Under the pieces are notes generated by a model, which saw nothing but the letters and a program-made list of their open reading frames with translations, searched no databases and had not been told where the DNA came from. From a virus, in the IMG/VR virus record IMGVR_UViG_3300025237_000001, positions 1 through 64,000 of that record: a stretch of DNA of 64,000 nt; one strand, 5' to 3'. This document shows, in pieces, positions 45,546 through 55,440 of the stretch (its first letter is position 1; the number at the start of each line of letters is the position of its first letter). Both the position numbers and the translations under genes were made by a program.

Positions 45546-46520
45546 TTATTGTTGTTTACCGCAAAATGCGCAAAACTTTGTTTTACATCTACCACCACAA
45601 TTTGTGCAATGCTTAGTGTAATAATCAACCGAAGTTAATTGTTTTTGTGATTTAGGTGATAACTTATACTTAATGATATGGAATGACATCATTTCGAAGT
45701 CACCCGAAGCCTCACGTAAATCTTGTTTAGAATTTGAACCCTTTTCAACTCTACCAGTTTCAATTGTAGTTGGTGTAGCGTTACTCGCTGTGGTTGTTCT
45801 ACGTCTCTTACCTTTAAGATTTTTAGATTTTAAGGATTGGTCCTTTTCATTGGTTAAAGTTATACCTCTTGTTGCGATGTTACCATCGACACTTAAATCA
45901 CCCTTTATATTTACATCACCATCAATAGTTAAAGAAGCTGCATTTGATTCACCTCTTACGGGAATAAATATATCTTCGTTTATATTCAATTGATTATAAC
46001 CACCAGTTGACGTTGTTAAAGTTGAATTACCCAAAGTGTATGTTCCACTGCTACTGTCAACGAAACCTACATTAGTAGTTCCGAATTGGTCACTATCAAA
46101 ACAATCCAATGTAACGGTCCCACTTGACCCAAAATGTTGGAAAAATGGAATTTCTTCAACTTCCTTAAAGAAAGCGATTTCTACATCACCGTTAGGTTCG
46201 ATAGCTTTTTTAGCACTCTTCGTATTATCTACGTTATAAGTGTCAAATAAGAACTTCTTATTTGTGTCTAAAAATCTATCAAGAAATACTCTCTCACCTG
46301 GTCTTATTACTAAGCCACCTGAAATTGGTTTGTTGTTTAATTTAATTGTTGTTAGTATTTTACCCTGAGTCGGGTTAAATAGTTCGATTTGGAATTCTTG
46401 TCCTTTTTCCAAATAGTATGAAGGAATAGTCTTACTCTTCCCATACTTTTTAATCCTACTTTTATTAATAGCAAGATTTGCTGTAGGCTTTTTATCGCCC
46501 GAAGTTTTCTTTATTTTCAT
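45546..46520 (-). CDS. conserved vWA-partner protein with C-terminal zinc ribbon
   Basis: YL..GQEF.IELFNP...RPGERVFLDRF....KKF.F.TY.V motif; C-terminal CTNCG...FC.FCG. Confidence 0.7.
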   Translation of the reverse strand: MKIKKTSGDKKPTANLAINKSRIKKYGKSKTIPSYYLEKGQEFQIELFNPTQGKILTTIKLNNKPISGGLVIRPGERVFLDRFLDTNKKFLFDTYNVDNTKSAKKAIEPNGDVEIAFFKEVEEIPFFQHFGSSGTVTLDCFDSDQFGTTNVGFVDSSSGTYTLGNSTLTTSTGGYNQLNINEDIFIPVRGESNAASLTIDGDVNIKGDLSVDGNIATRGITLTNEKDQSLKSKNLKGKRRRTTTASNATPTTIETGRVEKGSNSKQDLREASGDFEMMSFHIIKYKLSPKSQKQLTSVDYYTKHCTNCGGRCKTKFCAFCGKQQ

Positions 46521-46607
46521 AATTATTTTTAATTTAAAATTAATGTGCAGATATTTTCGTTACCATTTGATAACTCTAAAGTCGAATACGACTCAAGACC
46601 AACACGC

Positions 46608-46622
46608 TAGTTTAATCACGTT
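46608..46622. repeat. right arm of a 15-bp inverted repeat
   Basis: TAGTTTAATCACGTT; lies just downstream of a minus-strand TATATTTA element (46631-46638). Confidence 0.85.
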
Positions 46623-46683
46623 ATATAATTAAATATACGAAAAATTAAAAAAAAGTCAATAGGTTTGTAAAAAAAGTTTTGAA

Positions 46684-48102
46684 TTAACCAATTCTTTCGT
46701 CAACTTGGTTCACAATATCAAAAGTAATTACGTTTTTAAGTGTTGATACTTCGTAGCTTGATTTTGCTTTAATATCGAGGTAATACCTTTGTGGTACTAG
46801 ACTTGCGGTATCCAATAAAAAATAATTATGGTTGAATGCAATCTCAACTGACGTATAATCAATTACAGTATATTCAGCGTTACCTTCTTTAATATAAATT
46901 CTATATTCTAAGGCATCTAAAACTTCTTGTTCGTTAACTGTATAAGGGACTCTAGCAGAAATTCTAATTTTTCTAACATCACCTCTGTTGATTTTTTCCT
47001 TGTCTTTAACTCCAGATACATTAAATGTAAAATCTAATGGGATTGAAGTATCAGAACCAAGACCATAATATTCACCAGCGTCCTTCAATTCAAATTCCAT
47101 TTCAATATCGGGTCTAGTAACACCGTTGATTACAACTCCTGACCAAACGTCTTCATATAGTACACAACCAATTGAAGTTGTTGGTACCATTAAATCGATT
47201 GAATAAACTCCTTGAGATATGTGAGTGATACCACTACTAGTAATAGCTGAAAATACATCACCTGAATTATCTAATATTGATACGCTCATACCTGACATAA
47301 CATCAACGTCTGTAGGTATTCCACCAACATTAACATATAAATAAAGTTTATTATTTTTATCTAGATAGAATTTACCTCTATCATCGTTGATTGTTTCTGA
47401 ATATCTACTTTCTACATAAGGTTCATAGAAAGTTTGTGTATGTCGAGTAAAGAACCCAACGTATTTTAAATTATCTAAGACATCATTTTCACGAGCCTCA
47501 TCAAATGCGATTCCTAACCCATTGTTAGTATCACCTGTTAAATATGCATTTACAATGTCAGTAACATCCATTTCAAGATTTTCATTACCATCTTCAAAGT
47601 GTTGTGTTACTAAGGTTTGTCCAGTCCATCCAGAGAATACACCACTACCATTAGCCCAAACAGTACCTGTCTCCGCTTCAATCCAATTTGAAGCAGCATT
47701 GCTATATACTGACGAATCAGATGAAGTGAAATATTTTTGACCAGCAAAATCATAACCCACACCTTCATCCCAAGGTTGGTTAACTGCAAATAAGTTTAAG
47801 TTGAAAGATGATGTTCTATCTTTACCATCACCAGTTTCTTTACTTAGTAAAGAATCATCGAATGTCCCAGTATTGGTCATTCTAAGTGTGTGTTTTAATT
47901 TAGATAAATCAGGATACATACCTTTATCTCTAAACGCTTCGATTCTTGAGGTATCGAATTGAAAGATATATCTTGTGAATAGTGGATTTTCAGTTGTCCA
48001 CACACCACCGTAAAATAATTCAGCTACAGGGTTTTTACCTGTATTGGTATTATCATTGTAAACCAGTGTGTTATTTCTATCGAAGTATGTTCTTAGTACC
48101 AT
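46684..48102 (-). CDS. putative virion structural (baseplate-region) protein
   Basis: 472 aa, beta-rich, W.EG.GYD..., F.TRHT.T..EP motif; TATTTAT upstream. Confidence 0.55.
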   Translation of the reverse strand: MVLRTYFDRNNTLVYNDNTNTGKNPVAELFYGGVWTTENPLFTRYIFQFDTSRIEAFRDKGMYPDLSKLKHTLRMTNTGTFDDSLLSKETGDGKDRTSSFNLNLFAVNQPWDEGVGYDFAGQKYFTSSDSSVYSNAASNWIEAETGTVWANGSGVFSGWTGQTLVTQHFEDGNENLEMDVTDIVNAYLTGDTNNGLGIAFDEARENDVLDNLKYVGFFTRHTQTFYEPYVESRYSETINDDRGKFYLDKNNKLYLYVNVGGIPTDVDVMSGMSVSILDNSGDVFSAITSSGITHISQGVYSIDLMVPTTSIGCVLYEDVWSGVVINGVTRPDIEMEFELKDAGEYYGLGSDTSIPLDFTFNVSGVKDKEKINRGDVRKIRISARVPYTVNEQEVLDALEYRIYIKEGNAEYTVIDYTSVEIAFNHNYFLLDTASLVPQRYYLDIKAKSSYEVSTLKNVITFDIVNQVDERIG

Positions 48103-48123
48103 TGTTTCTTTTATTATAAATAG

Positions 48124-48471
48124 TTAGTTATCTAGTAATAATTCGTAAATTGCTTTACGTTCTTCCAAACCCTCAATTAACAGTATTTCATAGTCTAATT
48201 TAGGACTAGTGTCGTCTGGTGGTATAATCCTACCACCGTATGCACCTCTAACTCTACCAATTATTTTTTTACTTTCAGCTAACAGTAATCTACTAATAAT
48301 AACATTTCTATTAAATTTAGATGTGATAGTGATATTATGATTTTCTAAATCTTCCTCCACCATTTCAAGTATAATTTCGAACATATCATCATCCATAGTA
48401 AAATTTATTAACGGTACTCCTAAACGCCCTTTAACCCATTTAAACATTTTTTCCAAATCAATTTTATTCAT
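48124..48471 (-). CDS. compact neck-protein (gp13)-like protein
   Basis: ..RLG.P.I......., ..LA..K..IGRVRG.YGG......LDY..L..EG..E motifs with the middle region absent. Confidence 0.4.
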   Translation of the reverse strand: MNKIDLEKMFKWVKGRLGVPLINFTMDDDMFEIILEMVEEDLENHNITITSKFNRNVIISRLLLAESKKIIGRVRGAYGGRIIPPDDTSPKLDYEILLIEGLEERKAIYELLLDN

Positions 48472-48472
48472 A

Positions 48473-49414
48473 TTAATTAATCTTTATATTTTTGGATAGT
48501 ATTGACTCTAAATTAAATTCTAATAAAGTATCAATATCATTGGCACCAGAAAGGTCTTGTGGTTTCATACCTGGAAATGCATGAACATGATTAATAAAAG
48601 CATTAATAAAAACCTTTATTAAATCAATTAAATTATCACCAAATACCAAAGGATGTGCATTATTAATTATTTTTTGCATTTCTATATCTGTAATCATAGA
48701 TTCTTGGTCGTTTAACTTAAACCTAGGACTACCATTTTCGTGTGTTAATAAATTAATTTTATTACTCACAACGTTGATTACTCCACCAAGTTTTGATTCT
48801 TGATTTTCTGTTTCTTCACGTAACGTTACATCGTGTTTAATTTGAATAAATGATGGATTGACTTTGTTAAATTTTGGTATTTCACCAATAATAACTTTTG
48901 AGTCGAATTGACCCGCTCTTAATACAATTTCTTTTTCTTTTAAAAGTATATCAGAATTGTTTCTACCTTGAATCGCAATAGTGTCTAATTGTGGGTATAC
49001 TCCTTTGTTTTCTGGGATAGTATCAGGTGAAGCTTTTGCTTCTTTTATACCACTAGATAATGTTGACCTTGCAGAAAATAAATCACTTTCTTTATATAGG
49101 TTTTGTGGTTGTGAAATAATTGGACCTAAATATAATCTATCTATAAATGGATTCTTAACATCTGGTATGAAAACTAATACAGTCTCACCCACTTTAGGTA
49201 TGATATGAATGAATTTTTGGAGCATAGGGAATGCAAAGCCTAATTGTGACCCTGATAAGGTATCATCTATACCAATTATACGCACTTTAATGCGATTTGC
49301 GCCTAGTTCATCAATATTTGATGTAACCTTACCATAATAGAAGATAGTGGTCTCTAAACGTCCTCTAGAGCCTTGGTTATATATACTAGTACCACCGAAT
49401 GCAAACTTACTCAT
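48473..49414 (-). CDS. baseplate hub/spike gp5-like OB-fold protein
   Basis: GKV....D..G..RIKVRI.G.D...FP......IPKVGE.V.V OB-fold signature. Confidence 0.7.
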   Translation of the reverse strand: MSKFAFGGTSIYNQGSRGRLETTIFYYGKVTSNIDELGANRIKVRIIGIDDTLSGSQLGFAFPMLQKFIHIIPKVGETVLVFIPDVKNPFIDRLYLGPIISQPQNLYKESDLFSARSTLSSGIKEAKASPDTIPENKGVYPQLDTIAIQGRNNSDILLKEKEIVLRAGQFDSKVIIGEIPKFNKVNPSFIQIKHDVTLREETENQESKLGGVINVVSNKINLLTHENGSPRFKLNDQESMITDIEMQKIINNAHPLVFGDNLIDLIKVFINAFINHVHAFPGMKPQDLSGANDIDTLLEFNLESILSKNIKIN

Positions 49415-49584
49415 TATCTTTGTAATCTTTTATCTAACACCGCTTTACTTTTAATGAAATCAGCGTCCATATTATCCATTTTATCAAGCAATTGCTTGAT
49501 TCTTAATCTTATCGCCTCATACTCTTCTTTCATCTTAACATGTGATGCTGCGATATCTGTATTTGACATTGTTTCGTAATTCAT
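49414..49584 (-). CDS. small coiled-coil protein (56 aa)
   Basis: Read manually on the minus strand; TAATG coupling to the gp5-like gene. Confidence 0.5.
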   Translation of the reverse strand: MNYETMSNTDIAASHVKMKEEYEAIRLRIKQLLDKMDNMDADFIKSKAVLDKRLQR

Positions 49585-49587
49585 AAT

Positions 49588-49992
49588 TTATCTAATTACA
49601 CCTTCACCAACACCCATATTAGTGGTTGCTCCTTGACTTATTACTGGTCCACCCATGTTCCCTAGACCTGTTGTGGTTACTTGAACACCTGGCGGTACCA
49701 CGATTTCTATCTTAGCATCCAATTGTAATGCACTTACAACTTCTTCAACCATTATAGCGACCATAGATTCCATAATATTAGTATTCTCAGAGAAAATATT
49801 ACCTACTGGCGCACCCGCTTCTGACTGTCTAGCTATAACGTTTGAAGCAATATTCCTAGCACTCAAACCAGGTTTTAATCTAGCTCCAACCATAACTAAT
49901 TGAGGTGGTAGACTTTGAACAGGAGTTCTAGGTACTGCGAAAGCTGCTTTTAATGTATTAATAACATTACTCATTGAACTTTTTTGTGTCAT
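49588..49992 (-). CDS. conserved hypothetical virion-region protein
   Basis: RPGLSAR.IAS..I.RQSEAG.PVG; C-terminal G..GGPV...G. Confidence 0.65.
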   Translation of the reverse strand: MTQKSSMSNVINTLKAAFAVPRTPVQSLPPQLVMVGARLKPGLSARNIASNVIARQSEAGAPVGNIFSENTNIMESMVAIMVEEVVSALQLDAKIEIVVPPGVQVTTTGLGNMGGPVISQGATTNMGVGEGVIR

Positions 49993-50002
49993 ATATTTAT
50001 TA

Positions 50003-51445
50003 TTATACTAATCCTGATAACTGTCTAAGTATATCAGTTGGGACACCGACTAGACTAGCTACTTGTGCCTTTTTATATTTTGTTTTTTCTATTTGCGTTT
50101 TAAGAATATTATCAGTTACTAGTTTTTTAATTTCTTTAAGAACCACAGCCATTAGTATCACTACCACCGCATCTCTTATAGTATTTAATACAGATGTCAA
50201 TAAGACATTATTTTTTTTCATAAAATCTTCAGTGTTGGTAAACGTCTCACCGTAAATAATAGCATGGTTTACCGCTAATATTACCGCTAATTTAGGAGAT
50301 AATATTACATTAACAATTGCAGTCATTAACTGTTTTAACATTTCTTCGATAAAAGAAAGTTTAATTGTTAATCTATCTTGGTTTTCAACGTTTTCAGCTG
50401 ACTCATCAGCTAGGTTATCTAATCCTTCTCTAACAACGATTAAAATCTCTTCCATTAGTTGTGGTGTTGTTGGTTGTGCTTCTAACACATCCAATTGAGC
50501 GTTCAAGGAACTTAACGTATCAAAAGATACAGTTGATGGTGTGTTACCACAAGTGGTAACTATTCTCATGCCACTTCGTCTAAGTTCAGCTCTATAATCA
50601 ATTGACGATAGTTGTTCATTTGAGAATTTATAATAACTGTCATCAATTATGATTTCGTCATCAGTATTTATAATTCTATTAACTATATCCTCGATTCTAA
50701 TCTCGTTTCTAATTTGTTCCGAATCCTTATCCGTTTGTACACTAACCACACCAAATATCGACTCTATAATATTGTTGATTAATTTAGCCGAATTAAATAA
50801 TTGAATACTATCGATGTAATCATTATTTAAATCTGGTAATTTTTTATTATTTACATAATAAGAACTTGGTTTAACATTTAATGAATTATTAGGTTCGCCA
50901 TTGGAACCTTGTTCATCAAATCTAATCTCTAATATGTCTTGATTGGTAGTTTGTAGTCCCCAAGGGCTGGTAGCTCCACCACCTTGAATAACGTTGTATA
51001 AGTATGTGTTAAAATCAGTACTATTTAAACCTTGGTCTACATCATTATAAAGTAACGCACCTTCGTTAGTCGTTGGGTCTGTTTTAAACATGTCTAAGTA
51101 ATCAATCTTATCTAATTCTAAAGTGACACCATCGTTGATAAAGAAATCAGGGATAGATGGGTTTACACTACAGCTAACCATAGATTTTAATGATTTCTTA
51201 AGTGCTTGTTTAATGTCTAATTCAATTTCATCTAAGTTATGGGTTAATATATCAACCAAAGATTCTTTCAATGCTTCAAAACCCGTTAAAGCCTTAACTA
51301 AATCAGTTAAGAAATTTAAACTATTTGCGGCTTGAGATATTGAAGCTATGGAATTGGAAATAGAGGTTATGGGGAATCCTTCAGCAGAAACCCTTAATGC
51401 GGCAATTTGACCGAAAACATCAGATTTTTCTTGGGTGATATCCAT
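50003..51445 (-). CDS. conserved hypothetical protein
   Basis: 480 aa in the baseplate-associated block. Confidence 0.65.
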   Translation of the reverse strand: MDITQEKSDVFGQIAALRVSAEGFPITSISNSIASISQAANSLNFLTDLVKALTGFEALKESLVDILTHNLDEIELDIKQALKKSLKSMVSCSVNPSIPDFFINDGVTLELDKIDYLDMFKTDPTTNEGALLYNDVDQGLNSTDFNTYLYNVIQGGGATSPWGLQTTNQDILEIRFDEQGSNGEPNNSLNVKPSSYYVNNKKLPDLNNDYIDSIQLFNSAKLINNIIESIFGVVSVQTDKDSEQIRNEIRIEDIVNRIINTDDEIIIDDSYYKFSNEQLSSIDYRAELRRSGMRIVTTCGNTPSTVSFDTLSSLNAQLDVLEAQPTTPQLMEEILIVVREGLDNLADESAENVENQDRLTIKLSFIEEMLKQLMTAIVNVILSPKLAVILAVNHAIIYGETFTNTEDFMKKNNVLLTSVLNTIRDAVVVILMAVVLKEIKKLVTDNILKTQIEKTKYKKAQVASLVGVPTDILRQLSGLV

Positions 51446-51451
51446 TATAAA

Positions 51452-51826
51452 TTATTTAGTTTCTTGGTTTTTTTCAGCCTTGATTAACTCTCTAATATTT
51501 GCAAAAGCATCTTTTCCAACTATTTCTGGATTATTGGTCATTGCAGCTGCAACGTCACCACTATGTTTAAGTACATCACTTTGAAGTTTCCCAATATCAA
51601 GTTTAGTTTTGATAGCGTCCATTTTCTGTTTTAATGCATCTGTTTTAGCTTTGGCAATTTTAACCAAATCGTCAGTGTCCTCTATGTTCTGAGCAGCACC
51701 AACTTCATTTACTATTTTTTGTGCATCTTTTATTTGTGTACAAACATTGTTGTATACTTCTTGTAAAACACTTTGAAGTGAATCAGTATTATTCACTTCT
51801 ATTTTTTGTCTTGTAGTTCTAGGCAT
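51452..51826 (-). CDS. coiled-coil hypothetical protein
   Basis: TATTTAT upstream at 51844-51850. Confidence 0.6.
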   Translation of the reverse strand: MPRTTRQKIEVNNTDSLQSVLQEVYNNVCTQIKDAQKIVNEVGAAQNIEDTDDLVKIAKAKTDALKQKMDAIKTKLDIGKLQSDVLKHSGDVAAAMTNNPEIVGKDAFANIRELIKAEKNQETK

Positions 51827-51869
51827 AATGTATCGTTTTAATTATAAATAGCTAGAAAAAGGGTTTTAA

Positions 51870-52610
51870 TTACAAAAAACCCTCTTCAATCTTATCACTT
51901 TTAACTAATTCATAAATCATTTTATACCTACGCATTGCGATTCTAATGTCTTTAGTTATTAGATTCGTATTTTCTCTAATGGTAGCTAGTATAACATTCT
52001 TGTTAAATTTAGCTCCACCTAGTGATGAAAATAACATTTCCCAATTGTTAAGAATATCTAACAAAGCTTCACCAACTCTTCGTTCATTCTCAGTCATTTT
52101 CTTCTTGTTGCCAAGTCCTTCACCATCAAGTTCTTTCTGTATTTCCTCACATATTGTATTAATCAAATCTGATAAACCATAATCGGTATCAGGTAAATGA
52201 TATACAAACTCATCCTTCTCATGAATTTTGGTAATTGAAGTGTCAAAATCTAAGGTTTGGTTAAGCATTTTCGTGTCTTTAATCATTAACCCTAAGATGT
52301 AATGTTTACATATAGTTCCGTAATAAGAGTATGCACGTTTACCCTTAGTAGTATCAAACTTATCAGCCTTAAGAATTAAGTATGATAACGTATCGCTATG
52401 TAGGTTTTCAAACGTGTAACTCTTTCGGTATAATTTATATCGTCTAATTATAGATTCAATCATTATATCAAATGCATCTCTTAGGTGTTCGTTATAAATT
52501 TTATTTCGAATTGCTGGGTCTTCCTCATTTAAAAATTCCACAACAGCTTTTTCTTGTTCTTCACCAAAATATAAACCATTCTTTCTTTTACGCCCTCTTT
52601 TAATTGCCAT
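51870..52610 (-). CDS. sigma-factor-like protein (possible late sigma)
   Basis: Region-2-like IESIIRRY...D.LS.L..K..KFD..KG.RAYSY..TI.K.Y. Confidence 0.55.
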   Translation of the reverse strand: MAIKRGRKRKNGLYFGEEQEKAVVEFLNEEDPAIRNKIYNEHLRDAFDIMIESIIRRYKLYRKSYTFENLHSDTLSYLILKADKFDTTKGKRAYSYYGTICKHYILGLMIKDTKMLNQTLDFDTSITKIHEKDEFVYHLPDTDYGLSDLINTICEEIQKELDGEGLGNKKKMTENERRVGEALLDILNNWEMLFSSLGGAKFNKNVILATIRENTNLITKDIRIAMRRYKMIYELVKSDKIEEGFL

Positions 52611-52616
52611 TAATAT

Positions 52617-53402
52617 TTAATCTTTTTTTTCATAAAGAATTTCCCTATCGTTAATATGAAAACATTCTCTTTTTGCTAAAGTTAACCACCATCTGTATTC
52701 ATCTTCTGATAATTCTTTTTTATAGTTTGAGAAAAGAGCACCTTCTCTCTCGTTGACATGTTTATATCCGTTTTTAGGGATTACCATAACTCTACAAGAA
52801 TTATGTGTCATTCGTAATAAATATTCATAAATGAAACTTAGTTTAATACTTTCTTTTAACCCACCATAATCATCGTATGCCTCTTTTAATACAGCCATAC
52901 CATCAATACTAAAGTTTTGAAATCTTAATAATGCAGCATTATCTAAAAACCCCATTTCATCACAAAATTGTGAAGCCCAAACTGGTTCGTTTGTAAAGCC
53001 CATGAAGTTATCTTCAGGCGTTACTTCAACTATAATTGGTAAGAAGATTGTTACATCAGGATTATCATCCCTGTATTTAATTACATTGTCAACCCAAATG
53101 TTAGATAATTCATCGTCTTGTTCTAAGAACACAAACCATTCAGTTTTACATTCCTTTACACCAAGATTAAATTGAGCTTGGAAATTAGTATTCCCTTTGT
53201 TTGCAATAATTTTACAATTAACTGCAATATCTTTGGTTAATTTCTTAACTAATTTTTGGTCATCAGATTTATCTTTAACCACAATAATTAAAGTATCTGG
53301 CAACACTTTTTGTGAAGTCACACTTTGTATAGCTCTTGCTAAAAATATTTCATCAGCATTGAATACTGGTAAAATTACACTTATTTCGTTTGTCTCTTTC
53401 AT
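52617..53402 (-). CDS. glycosyltransferase family 2
   Basis: ISVILPVFN...SV..Q, N.G......EWF..LE.DD. Confidence 0.85.
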   Translation of the reverse strand: MKETNEISVILPVFNADEIFLARAIQSVTSQKVLPDTLIIVVKDKSDDQKLVKKLTKDIAVNCKIIANKGNTNFQAQFNLGVKECKTEWFVFLEQDDELSNIWVDNVIKYRDDNPDVTIFLPIIVEVTPEDNFMGFTNEPVWASQFCDEMGFLDNAALLRFQNFSIDGMAVLKEAYDDYGGLKESIKLSFIYEYLLRMTHNSCRVMVIPKNGYKHVNEREGALFSNYKKELSEDEYRWWLTLAKRECFHINDREILYEKKD

Positions 53403-53403
53403 A

Positions 53404-54495
53404 TTATTTTGTTTTTTCAGATTCTATTTTTAAAATTGTTTCAAATTCAACTTTTCTATCAGATACGAATTTAGAATATAATCCTTCAATCGCTTTATCT
53501 TCATTTTCTTTCGTGTATATGTCTTTTGAATCGCTTACAGCGTCTAAAAATGAATCGGTAAGAGAATCATCTAACCATGCTTTCATATAGTCAGCTATTA
53601 AATCAGGAATAGCTAAGGCACTATTTGTCCAAATACCATTATTTTTTAATTTGATGACTTGTTTATCATCTGACTCATCTTGCATCCATTCAGGAATCAT
53701 TTCAGGAATCTTCCCAATAACTGGTGTATCACATTGAATTGCTTCTAATGGGAATGTTCCAAAACTTGAAATATCATCAACCCAAACAGCTAAACATGAT
53801 TCACCTAAAGTTTCAGCAAACGTTTTCCTTGGTAAACCTCTTAATTCCCTAAACGTAACCCACTTATACATTGGGTAACGAAGATAGAATGATTTAACAA
53901 TACTTAACGCTTCTTTTTGGTCTCTAGTTAAAATAGAGATAACTGGTTTTTTAATCTTAGTACTAGGTTTAAAATACTCAGGAATAGCTGGGTTAATTAC
54001 GTGAGTCTTAATCCTTGGGAATAATTCTTTAATGTAACTAGCTTGCTTATCTGTTGTTGTAATAACATCCCAGAAACCGTAGTTAATATCCCATCTTTCA
54101 TTAATCTTTAACAATTCTAAAATATAGGTGTAAGATTGTGATAACACAATTTTCTTACAAGGCATTTGTTTAACGCTTTCCATTACATTAGAGAAAATCT
54201 CAGGTACTATTAAATAATCAATAGCCTTTAAGTTTAAATCTTGGTTTTCGATTGAACAATGAGGTAGCGAAGCATAGGTTTCACCTAGCCAATCACCAAC
54301 ACCTTGATAATCATTTTTGTCATGTAATATTGAAGCTCTGTAACCTAATTCATTTAACACTTTAACGTGCTCATAAATGTTAGCAATAGCTGCCGTAGGG
54401 TTACCTTTAGTGTCTAAAGTGTAAAAATAGAAATCGAAATTTTTATTATCGATACTTTCTATTAATTCTAAAATCTTTTTGTGCTTATCTTCCAT
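53404..54495 (-). CDS. GT-B fold glycosyltransferase-like protein
   Basis: IVPEIF, C-terminal ..FG..PLEA..C..PVIG motif. Confidence 0.7.
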   Translation of the reverse strand: MEDKHKKILELIESIDNKNFDFYFYTLDTKGNPTAAIANIYEHVKVLNELGYRASILHDKNDYQGVGDWLGETYASLPHCSIENQDLNLKAIDYLIVPEIFSNVMESVKQMPCKKIVLSQSYTYILELLKINERWDINYGFWDVITTTDKQASYIKELFPRIKTHVINPAIPEYFKPSTKIKKPVISILTRDQKEALSIVKSFYLRYPMYKWVTFRELRGLPRKTFAETLGESCLAVWVDDISSFGTFPLEAIQCDTPVIGKIPEMIPEWMQDESDDKQVIKLKNNGIWTNSALAIPDLIADYMKAWLDDSLTDSFLDAVSDSKDIYTKENEDKAIEGLYSKFVSDRKVEFETILKIESEKTK

Positions 54496-54496
54496 C

Positions 54497-54871
54497 TTAA
54501 TCTAATTTTTTTAATATATCGTAAGCTAATAATGTGTTAAAAGCTAACTTAAATCTAATACTAGTTTTTCCTAAACTAGAATCACCCAATTTTGGGTCTT
54601 CTTCATAACTCTCATCTCCTATATCTGAAATGAAATTTCTTATAATTTCAAATCTAACACCGTCAATTTCTTTATGTTTTATATGTTCTCTTATTGTTGT
54701 TTCTGTGGATTGTATTATTCCATTTTTGTCCATTACTTCAACAATGTCTTTGGTAAATATTTTACCAACATCACCTTTTTTTATTTTACCTTTTACGTCC
54801 TTATCCAATAATAGAATATTGTCTAATTCCGCAAAATCAATATAGTATACTTCACCAAATAATTCTATCAT
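54497..54871 (-). CDS. hypothetical protein
   Basis: ORF, 124 aa; KLAFNTLL C-terminal motif. Confidence 0.6.
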   Translation of the reverse strand: MIELFGEVYYIDFAELDNILLLDKDVKGKIKKGDVGKIFTKDIVEVMDKNGIIQSTETTIREHIKHKEIDGVRFEIIRNFISDIGDESYEEDPKLGDSSLGKTSIRFKLAFNTLLAYDILKKLD

Positions 54872-55440
54872 TCTACTATCTCATTAAATGTAACTTCGTC
54901 AGTAACGAAATCTAGAATACTATCCAATGAAAAATCAGCTTCAGTATCCGTGTTATAACTGGCATTTATCTTAACTGATATTTTACCTTCTGGTTTAGCT
55001 TCTAAAGCTATTGGGTTTGCAGTAACTAATATGTCAATGTCATCCCATTTTTTTGCAGTATCCGTAACGAATTTAATGTTATTTCCAGTGAAACCTAATT
55101 TAGATAAAAAGAATAATGTTGAAGGTCTGCTCTTATGTGCGTCTCTACTAATCATTACAACTTCATGTTCTTCGTCATCATTTATCTCTGAAATAAACTT
55201 ATTTAAAATCGTACCAATGTTATTGTGCAATTGGTCTGCGTGTGCAAAAATTTCCATTGGTGCATCGCTGTATAAAAACTCATTAAGTTTTGTTTCGTTG
55301 GGAAATGGAAAGAATTTAATTAAATCCCATTCATCTACATCAACTTCATCTAAATCTGCTTTATAGTATTTACCATAAACATATTTAAATTGTCCTATAA
55401 AGTCTCTTATTACTTCATTTAGTGTTATTCCTATTTTCAT
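54868..55440 (-). CDS. 5'(3')-deoxyribonucleotidase-like HAD fold, degenerate catalytic motif
   Basis: MKIGITLNEVIRD in place of IGIDxDxV; T.FFL...G, D.LV..NP. Confidence 0.55.
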   Translation of the reverse strand: MKIGITLNEVIRDFIGQFKYVYGKYYKADLDEVDVDEWDLIKFFPFPNETKLNEFLYSDAPMEIFAHADQLHNNIGTILNKFISEINDDEEHEVVMISRDAHKSRPSTLFFLSKLGFTGNNIKFVTDTAKKWDDIDILVTANPIALEAKPEGKISVKINASYNTDTEADFSLDSILDFVTDEVTFNEIVE

